DNA of 64,000 nucleotides. Source: Dehalococcoidia bacterium. GTDB taxonomy: Bacteria > Chloroflexota > Dehalococcoidia > Dehalococcoidales > W498. A program made the position numbers and the translations under genes. Numbering within the stretch: the stretch's first letter is position 1; every line of letters starts with the position of its first letter. Shown here piece by piece: positions 8,658-17,080 of this stretch. The DNA is taken from contig DUEE01000007.1 of assembly GCA_011170285.1 (NCBI GenBank), positions 70,318 to 134,317 of the forward strand. The letters are read 5' to 3'. The notes beneath the pieces are model-generated. The model did not search any database. It was not told the origin of the DNA and saw only the letters and a program-made list of their open reading frames with translations.

Positions 8658-8894
8658 ATGCTAAAAATGGAGAAGAAACTATCTGAAATGGGGTATGAAG
8701 AGGAAGGTATAGTAATAAAAATTTTGGGAGGGTTAAGGTATAAAATAGCCGGTATGGGTATTAGAAAAGGTAAGGGAATCAAGATGATGACCAAACAGCC
8801 GATAAAGGGTCCGGTAGTGGTAACTGTAGATAGAAGTAATACATCTATTGGCTTGGGACTAGCCGATAAAATCTTAGTGCAGGTGAAAAAGTGA
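8658..8894 (+). CDS. feoA: FeoA-domain protein (second copy)
   Basis: 'LSEMGYEEEGIVIKILGG..AGMGIRKGKGIKMM' FeoA-like. Its stop overlaps the feoB start (8891). Confidence 0.75.
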   Translation: MLKMEKKLSEMGYEEEGIVIKILGGLRYKIAGMGIRKGKGIKMMTKQPIKGPVVVTVDRSNTSIGLGLADKILVQVKK

Positions 8895-9433
8895 ACAAGG
8901 TGTTGCTGATGGGTCAGGCTAATGTCGGCAAGTCTGCCTTTTTCAACCGTCTAACGGGAGCCAAGGTTGCCGAGTCAAATTATCCGGGAACAACGGTTGA
9001 CTTTACCAAAGGGCACATGCTGTTTCAGGGTGAATATGTTGACCTCATAGATGTCCCTGGCACCTTTTCTTTACAGCCCAAGGATAAAGCCGAAGAGGTA
9101 GCAGTGAAGATGCTTGGGGAGGAGAAGGAAGCCCTGGTTATATGCATCATAGACGCCTCTAAAGTGGAGCGTGGTCTTTACCTGGCTCTTGAAATTATAG
9201 AGAAGGGCTATCCAGTAATAATTGCGTTAAATATGTGGGATATGGCTAAGAGTGTTAATGTGAAGGTAGATACCGAAAAATTGGAGCAGATTCTGGGGGT
9301 GCCAGTGGTACCTACAGTAGCCACCAGAGGCGAAGGGTTTAAGGAACTGGTGTCAAGGATGGGACAGGCAGCACCTGTAACAATAGAAGAAATTATTAGG
9401 AGTGTGGGAAATAGCAGTAGAACTCACCATTGA
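8891..9433 (+). CDS. feoB: FeoB N-terminal GTPase domain (separate ORF)
   Basis: G1 'GQANVGKSAFFN', G2 'YPGTTVD', G3 'DVPG', G4-like 'ALNMWD'. The ORF stops after 180 aa. Confidence 0.85.
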   Translation: MNKVLLMGQANVGKSAFFNRLTGAKVAESNYPGTTVDFTKGHMLFQGEYVDLIDVPGTFSLQPKDKAEEVAVKMLGEEKEALVICIIDASKVERGLYLALEIIEKGYPVIIALNMWDMAKSVNVKVDTEKLEQILGVPVVPTVATRGEGFKELVSRMGQAAPVTIEEIIRSVGNSSRTHH

Positions 9434-10631
9434 TCAAAGATGGGATTTAGTAGATAGAATAGCCAAAGAAACTATAGAGGTCGGCGCCTATGAGCCCACA
9501 TTAAGAGATACCCTAGCTGATGTTACTGTCAAACCCCTAACAGGCATACCCTTTGCTATTGCCGTTATCTATGGCTTCTGGATGTTCTTTAGCGGATTTG
9601 CCGGGTTTTTTACCGACGGCTTTTTCGTCAAGATATTTGATGTACACTTTCTGCCCTGGATTCAGAGTGTTTTTCCGGGAAAGGGCACCTGGCTGTACTT
9701 TATTTTCGTTGGGGATCCATCAGCCGAGACTTGCTTTGAATCTTTTGGGGTGCTTACCAGTGGGCTTTTTCTGCCAATAGGCGTAGTTCTACCGGCAATA
9801 GTAGCCTTTTATCTGGTGTTTGCCTTCTTGGAGGATGTCGGCTATTTGCCCAGGCTGGCGGTTCTCGTCGACGGTGTACTGCACAAGATTGGACTTCACG
9901 GCTATGCCATTATACCTACTATCCTTTCTCTGGGTTGCAATGTTCCCGGAGTAACAGCTTGCCGCCCGTTGGAGTCAAGGAAACAGCGTTTTATGATGAT
10001 TACTTTATTGGGGGTATTTATCCCCTGCGCCGCTCAGATTGGAATGATGGAAGGATTAATCCCACATCTGATAGGCTGGGTTTTCCTTACCTTAGCCATA
10101 GGTTATTTCGCTGTTGGTTTCATCCTCAACAAGGTTTGGCCCGGGGAATCACCCGAGATTCTAATGGATGTACCACCATATCAGAAACCAACTTGGAGGA
10201 ATATAGGCAGAAAGATGGGAACGAGGACATCACATTTCCTTATGGAAGCCGTCCCCTTTTTCCTCTTAGGTTGTCTCATTGTGGCTGTTATGTATCTAAC
10301 CGGAGCTATGGACTGGTTAGGCAATGCTCTGGCTCCAGCACTAACCGGGGTATTTGGGGTGCCTGAGGAAACGGTAGCGCCCCTGGTGGCAGGATTTTTG
10401 AGGAAAGACCTAGCCATAGGACTGCTGGGTGGTATTGAGCTGACTACCTGGCAGATGTTCACTTCGGTGGTTTTACTTTGTATTTACTTCCCTTGTTTAG
10501 CTACCTTTGCCCTGATGTTAAAAGAGGAAAAATGGAAGGAATTCCTGGCAACCATGCTGGTTTTGGTAGTAACGGTCTTTGTTTTTGGAGGTTTGCTCAA
10601 TCTAATCGGAATAGGATTGGGAATAGCATAG
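9402..10631 (+). CDS. feoB: FeoB membrane (permease) portion (separate ORF, different frame)
   Basis: 'DQRWDLVDRIAKE' linker followed by the multi-TM gate region. GTG start, 32-nt overlap with the G-domain ORF. Confidence 0.85.
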   Translation: MWEIAVELTIDQRWDLVDRIAKETIEVGAYEPTLRDTLADVTVKPLTGIPFAIAVIYGFWMFFSGFAGFFTDGFFVKIFDVHFLPWIQSVFPGKGTWLYFIFVGDPSAETCFESFGVLTSGLFLPIGVVLPAIVAFYLVFAFLEDVGYLPRLAVLVDGVLHKIGLHGYAIIPTILSLGCNVPGVTACRPLESRKQRFMMITLLGVFIPCAAQIGMMEGLIPHLIGWVFLTLAIGYFAVGFILNKVWPGESPEILMDVPPYQKPTWRNIGRKMGTRTSHFLMEAVPFFLLGCLIVAVMYLTGAMDWLGNALAPALTGVFGVPEETVAPLVAGFLRKDLAIGLLGGIELTTWQMFTSVVLLCIYFPCLATFALMLKEEKWKEFLATMLVLVVTVFVFGGLLNLIGIGLGIA

Positions 10632-11093
10632 ATGGGGAATAGATCGACATTCGGCAGTGTATATTTTGCTATCTTTGGCTTTATGGTATTGGCTTTGGGG
10701 ATAGTAGAGTTAGTAGTAGTAAGCACAGGGGGGATGGAAGGGGCGTCTTGGGGACCGTTAGAGATGGGAGGCATGTTACTGTGGTGGCGAGCAATTATTC
10801 TTGTCTTTGCCGGGCTTATTTATCTTTCCAGCGTTAACAATTTTCTGGATGTTCGTCAACTGGGCAAGTCAGTAATTGCCAGCATAATGATATGGATTGT
10901 TGCCGGAATGGAGATATGGGCAAGGATAGCTGGTTCCATCCCAGGAGGACCAGAGGAAGGAACCCCTTGGTTTAACCCAGAGTTCCTAGCCACATACGGT
11001 CCGCCCTATATGCCTGAGATATATCTACTGCCCCTGTCGCTAGTGATACTCTATTTTGTCGGCAGAAGAAAAAAGCAAGGTAGGCTGAGTTAG
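10632..11093 (+). CDS. Membrane protein of unknown function, abutting the feoB stop
   Basis: 153-aa ORF with about 4 TM segments. It starts at the nucleotide directly after the feoB stop codon. Confidence 0.5.
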   Translation: MGNRSTFGSVYFAIFGFMVLALGIVELVVVSTGGMEGASWGPLEMGGMLLWWRAIILVFAGLIYLSSVNNFLDVRQLGKSVIASIMIWIVAGMEIWARIAGSIPGGPEEGTPWFNPEFLATYGPPYMPEIYLLPLSLVILYFVGRRKKQGRLS

Positions 11094-11098
11094 TTACT

Positions 11099-11272
11099 AT
11101 GAAGCTTAAAGATGTTGGGAAGAAGATTGGTAATATAGCCTTCAGGCTAGCTATGTACAGTTGCGAGCGGAGTGGGGAATGCGGGGGCTGCGCTGGCTGT
11201 GGCTATTATGTGAACCCATCTCCTTCTACGCCGGAGAGCAAAAAGAAATCCGGTGGTAATAAGGGAAAATAA
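11099..11272 (+). CDS. Small Cys-rich protein, possibly a FeoB-associated Cys-rich type (57 aa, below the ORF-track cutoff)
   Basis: My own translation is MKLKDVGKKIGNIAFRLAMYSCERSGECGGCAGCGYYVNPSPSTPESKKKSGGNKGK*. The 'CGGCAGCG' cluster resembles the FeoB-associated Cys-rich family, but the N-terminal helix is only weakly hydrophobic. Confidence 0.4.
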   Translation: MKLKDVGKKIGNIAFRLAMYSCERSGECGGCAGCGYYVNPSPSTPESKKKSGGNKGK

Positions 11273-11463
11273 AAGCCGCCGGCTAGTTACTATCCTGTCT
11301 CCGAGTCCAGACTTTATTATTACAGAATTAGTTAGAAGGGTTCTTTGTTTCTATGAGGTGGATATGGCGGTGTTAGGGAGATTAACCTGTCCTTGGTTTT
11401 ATTGATTACCCTTCTGACTGGGCTAGTCCTGTTATCGGGGGACTATTTAACTCAATTAAATAT

Positions 11464-12435
11464 CTATTTAATAGCTGTGAAAAATGCTTTAGCCCGGTGG
11501 GCAGTTGCCATCTCCCAGACCTCAACTTGTGGCAGCAGTTTTTCCACATCAGCTTTACGGCATAGTTCGGTACCGGGGGTTAACACAGCGGCAGAGCCCA
11601 TAGCTACCGCTAAGCGACAAGCTTCTAGTAGAGGCTCTCCATAAGCTAGCTTTAGGGCAAGGCCAGCTATAGTTCCGTCGCCGGCACCTACAGCACTCTT
11701 TACCTTTACCGGGGGTGGAACTGCCTTAATAATCCTCTCCTTGTTGGCAGCAATAATACCTTCTTTTCCCATAGAGATAACCACTACTTCAATACCCGTC
11801 TCAACCAGTTCAAGAGCCCCATTAATGATTGCCTCTTCAGTGGAGAGTTCCACCTTAAGCAGTTCCTCAGCCTCACGGATATTAGGCTTGACGAGGTAGG
11901 GGCTAGCTCTTATGCCCTCTTCTAACCATTGACCTTCAGAATCGACGATAGTCCTTACCCCACAGCCTTTAGCTTCCATGACTAAGTCATAATAGATGTT
12001 AACCGGAATGCCAGGCGGGACACTACCGCCAATTACCATTAAATCTGGACTAGGGTCAATTCGTTTCAATTTTGCCGTGAACCTTTCCAGCTCTTTTTTT
12101 GAAATGCGCGGCCCGGGGGCATCAATCCTTGTTTGCTGAGAGGTTTTGGTTTCAGTAACAATAAAATTGGTTCGTGTTTCTTGCTCAATGGGGGTGAAGC
12201 TGAATGGCACCCCTTCCTTATCGAGTAAGATTTCCAGAATTCTGCCATTGGGCCCACCTACGAAACCATAAGCTGTAGTTCTGCCACCCATCTTATGAAT
12301 AGCCCGTGACACATCTATGCCTTTGCCCCCGGCATAGAGCTGTGTGCCTGTCCATCGGTTAGTCTCGTCGACCACTAATTGGTGAACAGTAATTGTCCTA
12401 TCCAGGCAAGGATTAAGGGTAATCGTAGCAATCAT
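11464..12435 (-). CDS. PfkB-family sugar-phosphate kinase (1-phosphofructokinase / tagatose-6-phosphate kinase type)
   Basis: 'IATITLNPCLDRT', 'AGGKGIDVSRA' and a C-terminal 'GAGDGTIAG' anion hole. Confidence 0.85.
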   Translation of the reverse strand: MIATITLNPCLDRTITVHQLVVDETNRWTGTQLYAGGKGIDVSRAIHKMGGRTTAYGFVGGPNGRILEILLDKEGVPFSFTPIEQETRTNFIVTETKTSQQTRIDAPGPRISKKELERFTAKLKRIDPSPDLMVIGGSVPPGIPVNIYYDLVMEAKGCGVRTIVDSEGQWLEEGIRASPYLVKPNIREAEELLKVELSTEEAIINGALELVETGIEVVVISMGKEGIIAANKERIIKAVPPPVKVKSAVGAGDGTIAGLALKLAYGEPLLEACRLAVAMGSAAVLTPGTELCRKADVEKLLPQVEVWEMATAHRAKAFFTAIK

Positions 12436-12598
12436 AGTATTTTCCTATTTTAATATTCCTGATACCATTTTTCTAATATATAAGCTAGCTCTCGACAAGA
12501 TACCCCAAGCTTCTTATACCAGGGCACAGCATATTTACTAGCTATTTAACTTAGTTTTTTAGTCTATCTGTTGCTATTGTTGATAGATACTGGACTCT

Positions 12599-12733
12599 TT
12601 ATCGTGAATTGTCAATATACATTACTTCTTGCCAGATAGCGCGACCACCTAGAAAGCTTGAGGCTCCCGCTCGGCAGGCAATTTCTACTTCCTGGTAAAA
12701 AATTTGAAAGTCCACACCGGCGCTTAGGACAAC
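12599..12733 (-). pseudogene. C-terminal relic of a LacD/class I tagatose-bisphosphate aldolase family gene
   Basis: My own translation is VVLSAGVDFQIFYQEVEIACRAGASSFLGGRAIWQEVMYIDNSR*. As I recall it, the LacD C-terminus reads '..[35 protein letters not shown]'. A TAG at 12734-12736 precedes the relic and no N-terminal body remains. Confidence 0.4.
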
Positions 12734-12840
12734 CTAGTTTGCAATCTGTTGCAGACCTCTTATTTTACCAATAGTTAGCCTTTCCATATTTGCCCCTTTA
12801 GGTATTATGTGGTAAAAGTCAGGTTTAATCAAGGTCGCTT

Positions 12841-12990
12841 TTAACCCTATCCCCTTCCCCTCAAGGGGAAGGGGATGATAATTTCTTTAGAGGGGCGTAG
12901 CCCCTCTAAAACTTCCTTCATTGTAAGTTAGGAAAGTCAAAGAGAGGTCGACAGAGTCCGCCTAAGGCGGAGGTGAGGTTGATAAATAAT
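12841..12990. repeat. Composite PQ palindromic element, MITE-like and apparently full length
   Basis: Head ttaaccctatcccc, P hairpin ccccttcccctcaaggggaagggg (12850-12873), Q hairpin agaggggcgtagcccctct (12888-12906), ccgcctaaggcgg hairpin, and tail ggaggtgaggttgat, an imperfect inverted copy of the head. Confidence 0.8.
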
Positions 12991-13055
12991 AAGTTTAATC
13001 AAGGTTTGTCTTTGTCCCGAACCCTAAGCTATAATTAACAAACTGTGGAGGCAAA

Positions 13056-13697
13056 ATGCCCTGGTTCTATTATGTGGGTAGGCTAATAGTGAGGACACTG
13101 TTCCTCCTCCTGACTCGGTGGCAAATTAAAGGCAGAGAAAATATCCCTAGCCAGGGACCCCTGCTAATTGTAGCCAATCATCTTCATCTAGTTGACCCAC
13201 CTTTACTTGTGGTTAGCCTCAGCCGAAAGGTGATATTTATGGCAAAAAAGGAGTTATTCCATTTCAAGGTGATTGGTTACTTCATAAGTGGCTTCGGCGC
13301 TTTTTCCGTGCACCGTGGGCAACTAGGTAGGAGGGCTCTGCGCCAGGTGCACCAATTATTAGCTGATGGTCAGGCCATAATTATATTCCCTGAAGGGACG
13401 AGGAGCAAAAACGCCCAATTACAGCATGCTTTCCCAGGTACAGCTCTAATAGCCTCACATAGTGGTGTCCCTATTATTCCCGTTGGCATTGCTGGCACAG
13501 AAAAAATTAAGGGAGCAGGCTGGATGCTGCATAGACCTCGGATAGTAGTAAACATTGGTCGTCCTTTCTATCTGCCATCGGCTAATAGTAAATTGACTAA
13601 GGTAGAGTTGGTTGAACTTACTAATTCTATTATGGGGCACATCGCTGAGCTCCTGCCCCCACAATATCGAGGAAATTATACCGGATATGGAAATTAG
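13056..13697 (+). CDS. plsC: 1-acyl-sn-glycerol-3-phosphate acyltransferase
   Basis: 'ANHLHLVDPP' (HX4D) and 'FPEGTRS' motifs. Confidence 0.85.
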   Translation: MPWFYYVGRLIVRTLFLLLTRWQIKGRENIPSQGPLLIVANHLHLVDPPLLVVSLSRKVIFMAKKELFHFKVIGYFISGFGAFSVHRGQLGRRALRQVHQLLADGQAIIIFPEGTRSKNAQLQHAFPGTALIASHSGVPIIPVGIAGTEKIKGAGWMLHRPRIVVNIGRPFYLPSANSKLTKVELVELTNSIMGHIAELLPPQYRGNYTGYGN

Positions 13698-14549
13698 ATG
13701 GCATTGAGAATTGAGAAGGCGGATGAAGTGGGGTTTTGCTTCGGAGTTAGGCGAGCTGTTGATGTCTTGGAGAAAGTTGCCAGTGAGCGTGGCGGAGTGG
13801 AAACATTGGGGGCGGTGGTACATAACCAGCAGGTGCTGCAAAGACTAGCTGAGATGGGGGTTAGGGTAGCCAAAGGAGTGGATGATATACAGGGTGATAC
13901 TGTGGTAATTAGCGCTCACGGGGTGAACCCACAACTAGAGGAGGAAGTTCGAACTCGGAATATTGAAATAATTGATACTACTTGCTCCTTTGTTCGTAGA
14001 GCCCAGGTGGCGGCTCGGAGATTAGCTGAGTCTGACTTTTTTGTTATCATATACGGTGATATTAACCACCCTGAGGTCAAGGGCGTTTTGGGGTGCGCTA
14101 AGAACAGGGGGGTGGCTACTCTGGATGAGAAATTCGTTACCCAATTTAACTCTTTACCTCGCCGTTTAGGCGTTCTATCCCAAACGACTCAGATACCAGC
14201 TCGTTTTACCGAATTTGTAAAGAAACTCATTGATTCTGCCTTGGTTAAAGATTCCGAGCTACGCATCATTGATACTATATGTCATGATACTAGGAAACGA
14301 CAGGTAGTAGCCGTTACCTTAGCTAATAGAGTAGATTTAATGCTCGTTATCGGTAGTCATACCAGTGCTAATACCAATCATCTTGTTGAGCTATGTTCTA
14401 TGGCTACTAAAACATATCTAATTGAATCTGCGGAGGAAATCCAACCCCTTTGGTTTCAAGGTCAACACTATATAGGGGTAACTACCGGTGCTTCTACAGC
14501 TATGGAGACTATAAATGAAGTATTAATGAAGCTAGAAGCCTTATCTTAG
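13698..14549 (+). CDS. ispH: 4-hydroxy-3-methylbut-2-enyl diphosphate reductase
   Basis: 'GFCFGVRRAV', 'VHNQQV', 'DTTCSFV', 'SQTTQ', 'DTICHDTRKRQ' and 'IGSHTSANTNHL'. Confidence 0.9.
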   Translation: MALRIEKADEVGFCFGVRRAVDVLEKVASERGGVETLGAVVHNQQVLQRLAEMGVRVAKGVDDIQGDTVVISAHGVNPQLEEEVRTRNIEIIDTTCSFVRRAQVAARRLAESDFFVIIYGDINHPEVKGVLGCAKNRGVATLDEKFVTQFNSLPRRLGVLSQTTQIPARFTEFVKKLIDSALVKDSELRIIDTICHDTRKRQVVAVTLANRVDLMLVIGSHTSANTNHLVELCSMATKTYLIESAEEIQPLWFQGQHYIGVTTGASTAMETINEVLMKLEALS

Positions 14550-14583
14550 TGACGCTTAAAATCCAGGAGACGCTTCGGTTTGG

Positions 14584-14820
14584 CTATCGCGGTAGTACCA
14601 GGCAGGTCACTGTTCTAGCAATGCCAGAGACAGGGTGAATTTGCACTGTAACCAGGTCACCTATTTCATTCAGGCTTTCTCCTTCTATTATAGCGATAAT
14701 ATCATACGGTCCGGTTACAGTATTAACTGATTTCACCCCTTTTAGCTGTTCTATACTAGTAGTGACTTCCTTGGTTTTGCCTACGGCGGTTTCAATCAGA
14801 ATAAAAGCCTTAGCTGTCAC
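14584..14820 (-). CDS. Stand-alone Lrp/AsnC ligand-binding (RAM) domain protein
   Basis: 'AFILIETAVGKTKEV..LKGVKSVNTVTGPYDIIAIIEGES'. I moved the start to the GTG at 14820, which follows a GGAGGTG SD. The track ORF extends to 14874. Confidence 0.7.
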   Translation of the reverse strand: MTAKAFILIETAVGKTKEVTTSIEQLKGVKSVNTVTGPYDIIAIIEGESLNEIGDLVTVQIHPVSGIARTVTCLVLPR

Positions 14821-14899
14821 TGAATTCACCTCCTTCCCCCATATTTGGGGTACTATCAAATATAAAGCAAACACATTATAGTGTCAATATTAGAGATTG

Positions 14900-14995
14900 T
14901 TTATTAACCTCACCCCCTGTATCCCCCTCTCCTTCAAAGGAGAGAGGGGGAAGTATAGGTTTTGAAGGGGCTTCGCCCCTTCAATCTTCCCTTGA
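14900..14995. repeat. PQ palindromic element
   Basis: Head attaacctcaccccctgtatcccc, P variant ccccctctccttcaaaggagagaggggg (14923-14950), Q tgaaggggcttcgccccttca (14963-14983), and tail atcttcccttgataaa. Confidence 0.8.
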
Positions 14996-15098
14996 TAAAC
15001 GACCTCAATATTAGATATCATCTTGACATTGGAATTATGACGCCACTTATAATAAGCTGACTTTAATTGGAAAGCAATAGACTAAAGGGAGGGCTACT

Positions 15099-16256
15099 TT
15101 GGAGTATTTCTTAAATGAGCAACAAAAGGAAATCAAGGCTCTGACACGAACAATAGCTGAGGAAAAGATACTACCGGTGCGGGCGGAGCTCGACGAGAAG
15201 GAAGACTTCCCGTGGACTATAATGAAAAAACTCGCCGATGCTGATATGTTTGGTGTCTTTGTCCCCGAAGAATATGGGGGTATAGGCGGAGGCTGTCTCG
15301 ACCTATGTCTGGTTGTGGAGGAGCTAAGCCGAGTATGTAGTAGTATTGCTATTAGTTACGCTGCCAGCGCACTGGGAAGCTTCCCCTTGCTAGAGTATGG
15401 TACTGAAGAACAGAAGCGGAAATACCTGCCTGATATTGCCTCCGGGAAGAGACTGGCTGCTTTTGCTCTAACTGAGGCAACAGCCGGTAGTGATGCTACT
15501 GCTATAAGGACAACCGCCAGCCGGGAAAGAGGGGGCTATGTGCTTAACGGAACCAAGCAATTTATTACTAACGGCGGTGAGGCCGAGGTATATACCGTTA
15601 TTGCCTTGACTGATAAAGAAAGGGGAGCCCGTGGCGCTAGCGCTTTCCTGGTGGAGAAGGACACGCCGGGTTTCTCTTTCGGTAGGAAAGAGAAGAAGAT
15701 GGGCATTCGTGCTTCTTCAACAAGGGAACTGGTTTTCCAGGATTGTCTGGTTCCTGAGGAGAATATGATTGGTCGGGAGGGAATGGGATTCATTATGACG
15801 ATGAGACTCCTGGACCGCTCTCGCCCCGGAATTGGCGCTCAAGCTGTTGGACTGGCTCAAGGAGCTTTGGAAGCAACAGTAGACCATGCCCGGCAGCGTA
15901 TCCAATTCGGACATCCTATCATTTCTATTCAAGCCGTCCAGCATATGCTGGCTGACATGGCTATCCAGGTGGAAGCCGCCAGGTTACTGGTTTACGCCGC
16001 TGCCAGAACAATAGATAGCGGAGTCAAGAACTTCACTGAAGAAGCGGCGATGGCTAAGGTCTTTGCTTCAGACACAGCTATGAAAGTTACCACTGATGCG
16101 GTGCAAATTTTTGGTGGAGTTGGCTACATGCGTGATTACCCCATTGAGAAAATGATGAGAGACGCCAAAATCACCCAGATATATGAAGGTACTAATCAGA
16201 TATTAAGAAATACCATCGCCTTTGAACTTAGAAAGAGGAAGGCAAGGCGTGAATGA
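15099..16256 (+). CDS. Acyl-CoA dehydrogenase (short/branched-chain type)
   Basis: 'LTEATAGSDA', 'KQFITNGG', 'FGGVGYMRDYPIEKMMRDAKITQIYEGTNQI'. TTG start. Confidence 0.9.
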   Translation: MEYFLNEQQKEIKALTRTIAEEKILPVRAELDEKEDFPWTIMKKLADADMFGVFVPEEYGGIGGGCLDLCLVVEELSRVCSSIAISYAASALGSFPLLEYGTEEQKRKYLPDIASGKRLAAFALTEATAGSDATAIRTTASRERGGYVLNGTKQFITNGGEAEVYTVIALTDKERGARGASAFLVEKDTPGFSFGRKEKKMGIRASSTRELVFQDCLVPEENMIGREGMGFIMTMRLLDRSRPGIGAQAVGLAQGALEATVDHARQRIQFGHPIISIQAVQHMLADMAIQVEAARLLVYAAARTIDSGVKNFTEEAAMAKVFASDTAMKVTTDAVQIFGGVGYMRDYPIEKMMRDAKITQIYEGTNQILRNTIAFELRKRKARRE

Positions 16257-16265
16257 ACATTGTGC

Positions 16266-16299
16266 TTTCGGCTCGCAATGACGAAGTAAAGAAGCAATG
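16266..16299. repeat. R-type repeat (single unit)
   Basis: tttcggctcgcaatgacgaagtaaagaagcaatg. Confidence 0.7.
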
Positions 16300-16393
16300 T
16301 GTCACTAATCCTGTGAACGAGCATGTGGGCTTGCAGTGAGTATGCGGCTTGGATTATAATAAGCTAGCTTTAGCTGGTCGGAGGTAGGATATA

Positions 16394-16909
16394 ATGCAGC
16401 TAAATGTTTCTCAGTTGCTCAAGGCAACTATAGGCTCAATACGGGATTATGAGGTGAGTTCTACTGTTGATATTGGTGGTGGCAGCCTGGTTCAGGGCGA
16501 GGTTAGGTTGACCCGTACTCACCGAAGTATCCTGGTTAAGTGTACACTACACACTGAGGTTGAGGTTACCTGCAGCCGCTGCTTGAGTTTATTTAGTTGT
16601 CCTTTGGTTCTAAGCATGGAAGAGGAATATTTCCCCACCACGGATGTAGTTAGTGGTGCCTCGCTGCCTTTACCGGAAGAGCCCGGCTGTTTCACTGTTG
16701 ATGAGCATCATATTCTTGATTTAACCGAGGCAATTCGTCAGTATGCACTAGTGGCTACCCCTATGAAGCCACTTTGTGCTGAAGATTGTGCCGGGTTATG
16801 CCCCTATTGCGGTCACAATCTCAATCAGGGGCCTTGTGATTGTCTAACTCAAGGTTCGGAAAGGAAAGATGTAAATTATGGGAGCTTTACCCAAACGAAA
16901 ATACGCTAA
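16394..16909 (+). CDS. yceD: YceD/DUF177 family protein
   Basis: It sits directly upstream of rpmF and carries 'CSRCL' and 'CPYCG' Cys pairs typical of DUF177. Confidence 0.8.
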   Translation: MQLNVSQLLKATIGSIRDYEVSSTVDIGGGSLVQGEVRLTRTHRSILVKCTLHTEVEVTCSRCLSLFSCPLVLSMEEEYFPTTDVVSGASLPLPEEPGCFTVDEHHILDLTEAIRQYALVATPMKPLCAEDCAGLCPYCGHNLNQGPCDCLTQGSERKDVNYGSFTQTKIR

Positions 16910-17078
16910 GGCGCGTCAGGGTAAGAGGCGTAGTCACCTTGGATTGACGCCTCCCCCGGTGGATTATTGCCCTCAATGTCACAGTCCTAAACTGCCTCAT
17001 CATGTTTGCCCTACCTGTGGAAGCTATGGCGGCAGGGAAGTCATCGAGATTAAAAGCCCGAAAAAGAAACCTGAGTAG
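16878..17078 (+). CDS. rpmF: 50S ribosomal protein L32
   Basis: 'LPKRKYAKARQGKRRSH' and a 'CPQC...CPTCG' zinc ribbon. Confidence 0.9.
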   Translation: MGALPKRKYAKARQGKRRSHLGLTPPPVDYCPQCHSPKLPHHVCPTCGSYGGREVIEIKSPKKKPE

Positions 17079-17080
17079 TT

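Noticed and set aside
11393-11644. 83-aa plus-strand ORF overlapping the 3' end of pfkB
   Set aside because: It overlaps the convergent, motif-supported kinase gene. It has no SD and low-complexity composition.
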